Positions 24,441-25,707 of a stretch of 25,707 bases of DNA are shown in pieces. The stretch is from a virus (lineage: Duplodnaviria > Caudoviricetes): the IMG/VR virus record IMGVR_UViG_3300024296_000385, positions 1-25,707 of that record. One strand, 5' to 3'. The notes below the pieces were generated by a model that saw nothing but the letters and a program-made list of their open reading frames with translations, did no database searches and was not told where the DNA came from. The first letter of the stretch is position 1. The number at the start of each line of letters is the position of its first letter. The position numbers and the translations under genes were made by a program.

Positions 24441-25549
24441 GAGCATTTGAATTTTTAACAGAAGCTGTATTAGTAGAAGCAGTAGGCAGAGAGTTTAACC
24501 ACTTAGAAGACCTCGTATTTACTAATCCATCAGATGGTGCTAAACGTGCAGTTGATATCTTAAAGAGCATGGAGCAAGATGCTAGTGATGTTGCAGTTAA
24601 ATGGGATGGTAATCCAACAGTGTACTGGGGACGTGAAGATGACGGACAGTTTAGATTAGTTGGAAAAAATAATTGGGGTAAAGAAGAAGGTAAGTCTAAC
24701 TCAGCTGATGACTTAGAAAAGTTTATCAACAGCAGAGGCAAGGGCGAAGAATGGAGACCTAAGTTTGCAAAAGATATGGCAAGCCTATGGCCGATATTTG
24801 AAGCAGCGACTCCACCGGACTTCAGAGGTTACATGTATGGTGACTTATTATACCATCCAGGTAAACCTTATCAAGGCAGTGACGGAGCAATTAGTTTTAC
24901 TCCTAATCAAACTACTTACAATGTTAAGGCACAAAGTGATATTGGACGTAAGGTAGGCAAAAGTAAAGTTGGTGTTGCAGCACATTCAGCATATGAATAC
25001 TTTGGCGATAAGTCAGGCACACCCATTGAAGATGTAAAACAATTTAATGGCACAGCAGATCTTTTAGTATTAGGACAACAGTACGTAAGCAAAGCGCCGC
25101 CAGTAAATGCAGATAACTTAGGCAACATAGAAAAGGTAGCAAACAAAGAACAAGCAAACATTGCTAAGTTCTTTGAGAAGCGTCCTGGACTAAGTGATAT
25201 CAGCGATATCATGTACACATTTGTAAATCAAATGAGTAGAGCTAAAAAGTTAGATGACTTAAAAGTAGAAAGTTTCCTCAATTGGCTTCAAAATTCAAAG
25301 GTTTCCGCCAATAAACAAGCAAAGATTATAAGTATTATAGACAGTAGTAAGCAAACTGCAACAAACATATTTTTCCTTGTTACAGAGCTTATGAAAGCCA
25401 AGAATGAAGTAATTGCAGAGCTTGATAAAGCAGAAGGTGATGTAGTTGCTACAACAGGTGGCAAGCCAGGAGGCGAAGGCTTTGTTAAGACTAGAGACAA
25501 AGTTAAGTTAGTTCCACGTGATAGATGGACGCCTTTTAGAGCAGATTAA
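24437..25549 (+). CDS. RNA-ligase-like covalent nucleotidyltransferase fold protein (DUF6267-like)
   Basis: HLEDL, VKWDG (motif I KxDG), GDLLY, GEGFV (motif IV), VKLV (motif V). Confidence 0.6.
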   Translation: MRAFEFLTEAVLVEAVGREFNHLEDLVFTNPSDGAKRAVDILKSMEQDASDVAVKWDGNPTVYWGREDDGQFRLVGKNNWGKEEGKSNSADDLEKFINSRGKGEEWRPKFAKDMASLWPIFEAATPPDFRGYMYGDLLYHPGKPYQGSDGAISFTPNQTTYNVKAQSDIGRKVGKSKVGVAAHSAYEYFGDKSGTPIEDVKQFNGTADLLVLGQQYVSKAPPVNADNLGNIEKVANKEQANIAKFFEKRPGLSDISDIMYTFVNQMSRAKKLDDLKVESFLNWLQNSKVSANKQAKIISIIDSSKQTATNIFFLVTELMKAKNEVIAELDKAEGDVVATTGGKPGGEGFVKTRDKVKLVPRDRWTPFRAD

Positions 25550-25599
25550 GCGTTTTTAGTCAAAAATCCCCCCAAACCCCGTAAGTTTTTACCCAAAAG

Positions 25600-25642
25600 A
25601 TAAATAAGAGTGTAAGAAAAAAGCCGGTCCCTGAGCGGGATC
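25600..25642 (+). promoter_or_regulatory. late promoter box plus 5' leader hairpin
   Basis: ATAAATA 25600-06; GGTCCC-TGAGC-GGGATC 25626-42; GAGGAG RBS downstream. Confidence 0.55.
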
Positions 25643-25667
25643 ATTTAATAATCGAGGAGATAATATT

Positions 25668-25707
25668 ATGGCAGATCTATCAAACGGAAGCTCAGTATTC
25701 CAAACTT
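25668..25707 (+). CDS. start of a late gene (MADLSNGSSVFQT..., 3'-truncated)
   Basis: Strong GAGGAG RBS, late box, frame open to the window end. Confidence 0.65.
   Translation, partial: MADLSNGSSVFQT

Noticed and set aside
5-25500. Many opposite-strand or nested ORFs (e.g. 5..199, 527..817, 3568..3957, 4079..4459, 13368..13673, 15286..15639, 18061..18453, 23496..23846)
   Set aside because: Shadows of well-supported genes or promoter regions, with no motifs or RBS.
1-25707. CRISPR array, tRNA/rRNA genes, transposase/integrase, stop-codon recoding, introns/inteins
   Set aside because: No spaced direct repeats or cloverleaf seen by eye; conserved enzymes are uninterrupted in the standard code and TAA, TAG and TGA all act as stops.
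1-25707. Interpretation as an ordinary bacterial chromosome segment
   Set aside because: Housekeeping-like genes lack their usual neighbours (clpP without clpX/tig, prs without rplY/pth) and are mixed with phage-type ORFs and TATAAATA boxes. Not formally excluded, since no structural gene is in the window.

Overview
AT-rich, gene-dense window that reads as an accessory region of a large lytic dsDNA phage with T4-like transcription signals, probably infecting a marine alphaproteobacterium. The phage call is inferred: no capsid or terminase gene lies in the window. It rests on recurrent (TA)TAAATA late-promoter boxes, near-consensus sigma70 promoters, an ATP-dependent DNA ligase, a T4 gp30.2-like HAD gene and many small coupled ORFs. 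The main signal is a multi-gene tetrapyrrole (heme) biosynthesis set: ALA synthase hemA plus a hemF-micropeptide-hemC-hemE-hemB operon. Both units appear to be leaderless late transcripts (TAAATA-N5-ATG), and HemB lacks its N-terminal arm. Other host-like metabolic genes are an AlkB/XylM-type di-iron monooxygenase, prs, clpP, a class-3 lipase, a PiT-like transporter, an NDP-sugar epimerase, a cupin and YqgE/AlgH. A small-protein operon encodes DUF1127 and a cytochrome aa3 oxidase subunit IV-like protein behind a ~190-nt structured leader. A ParB-like/GIY-YIG-like gene pair sits behind twin covarying UUCG hairpins. Several ORFs below the 60-aa track cutoff were found by hand. Family names come from motif recognition, not database searches.
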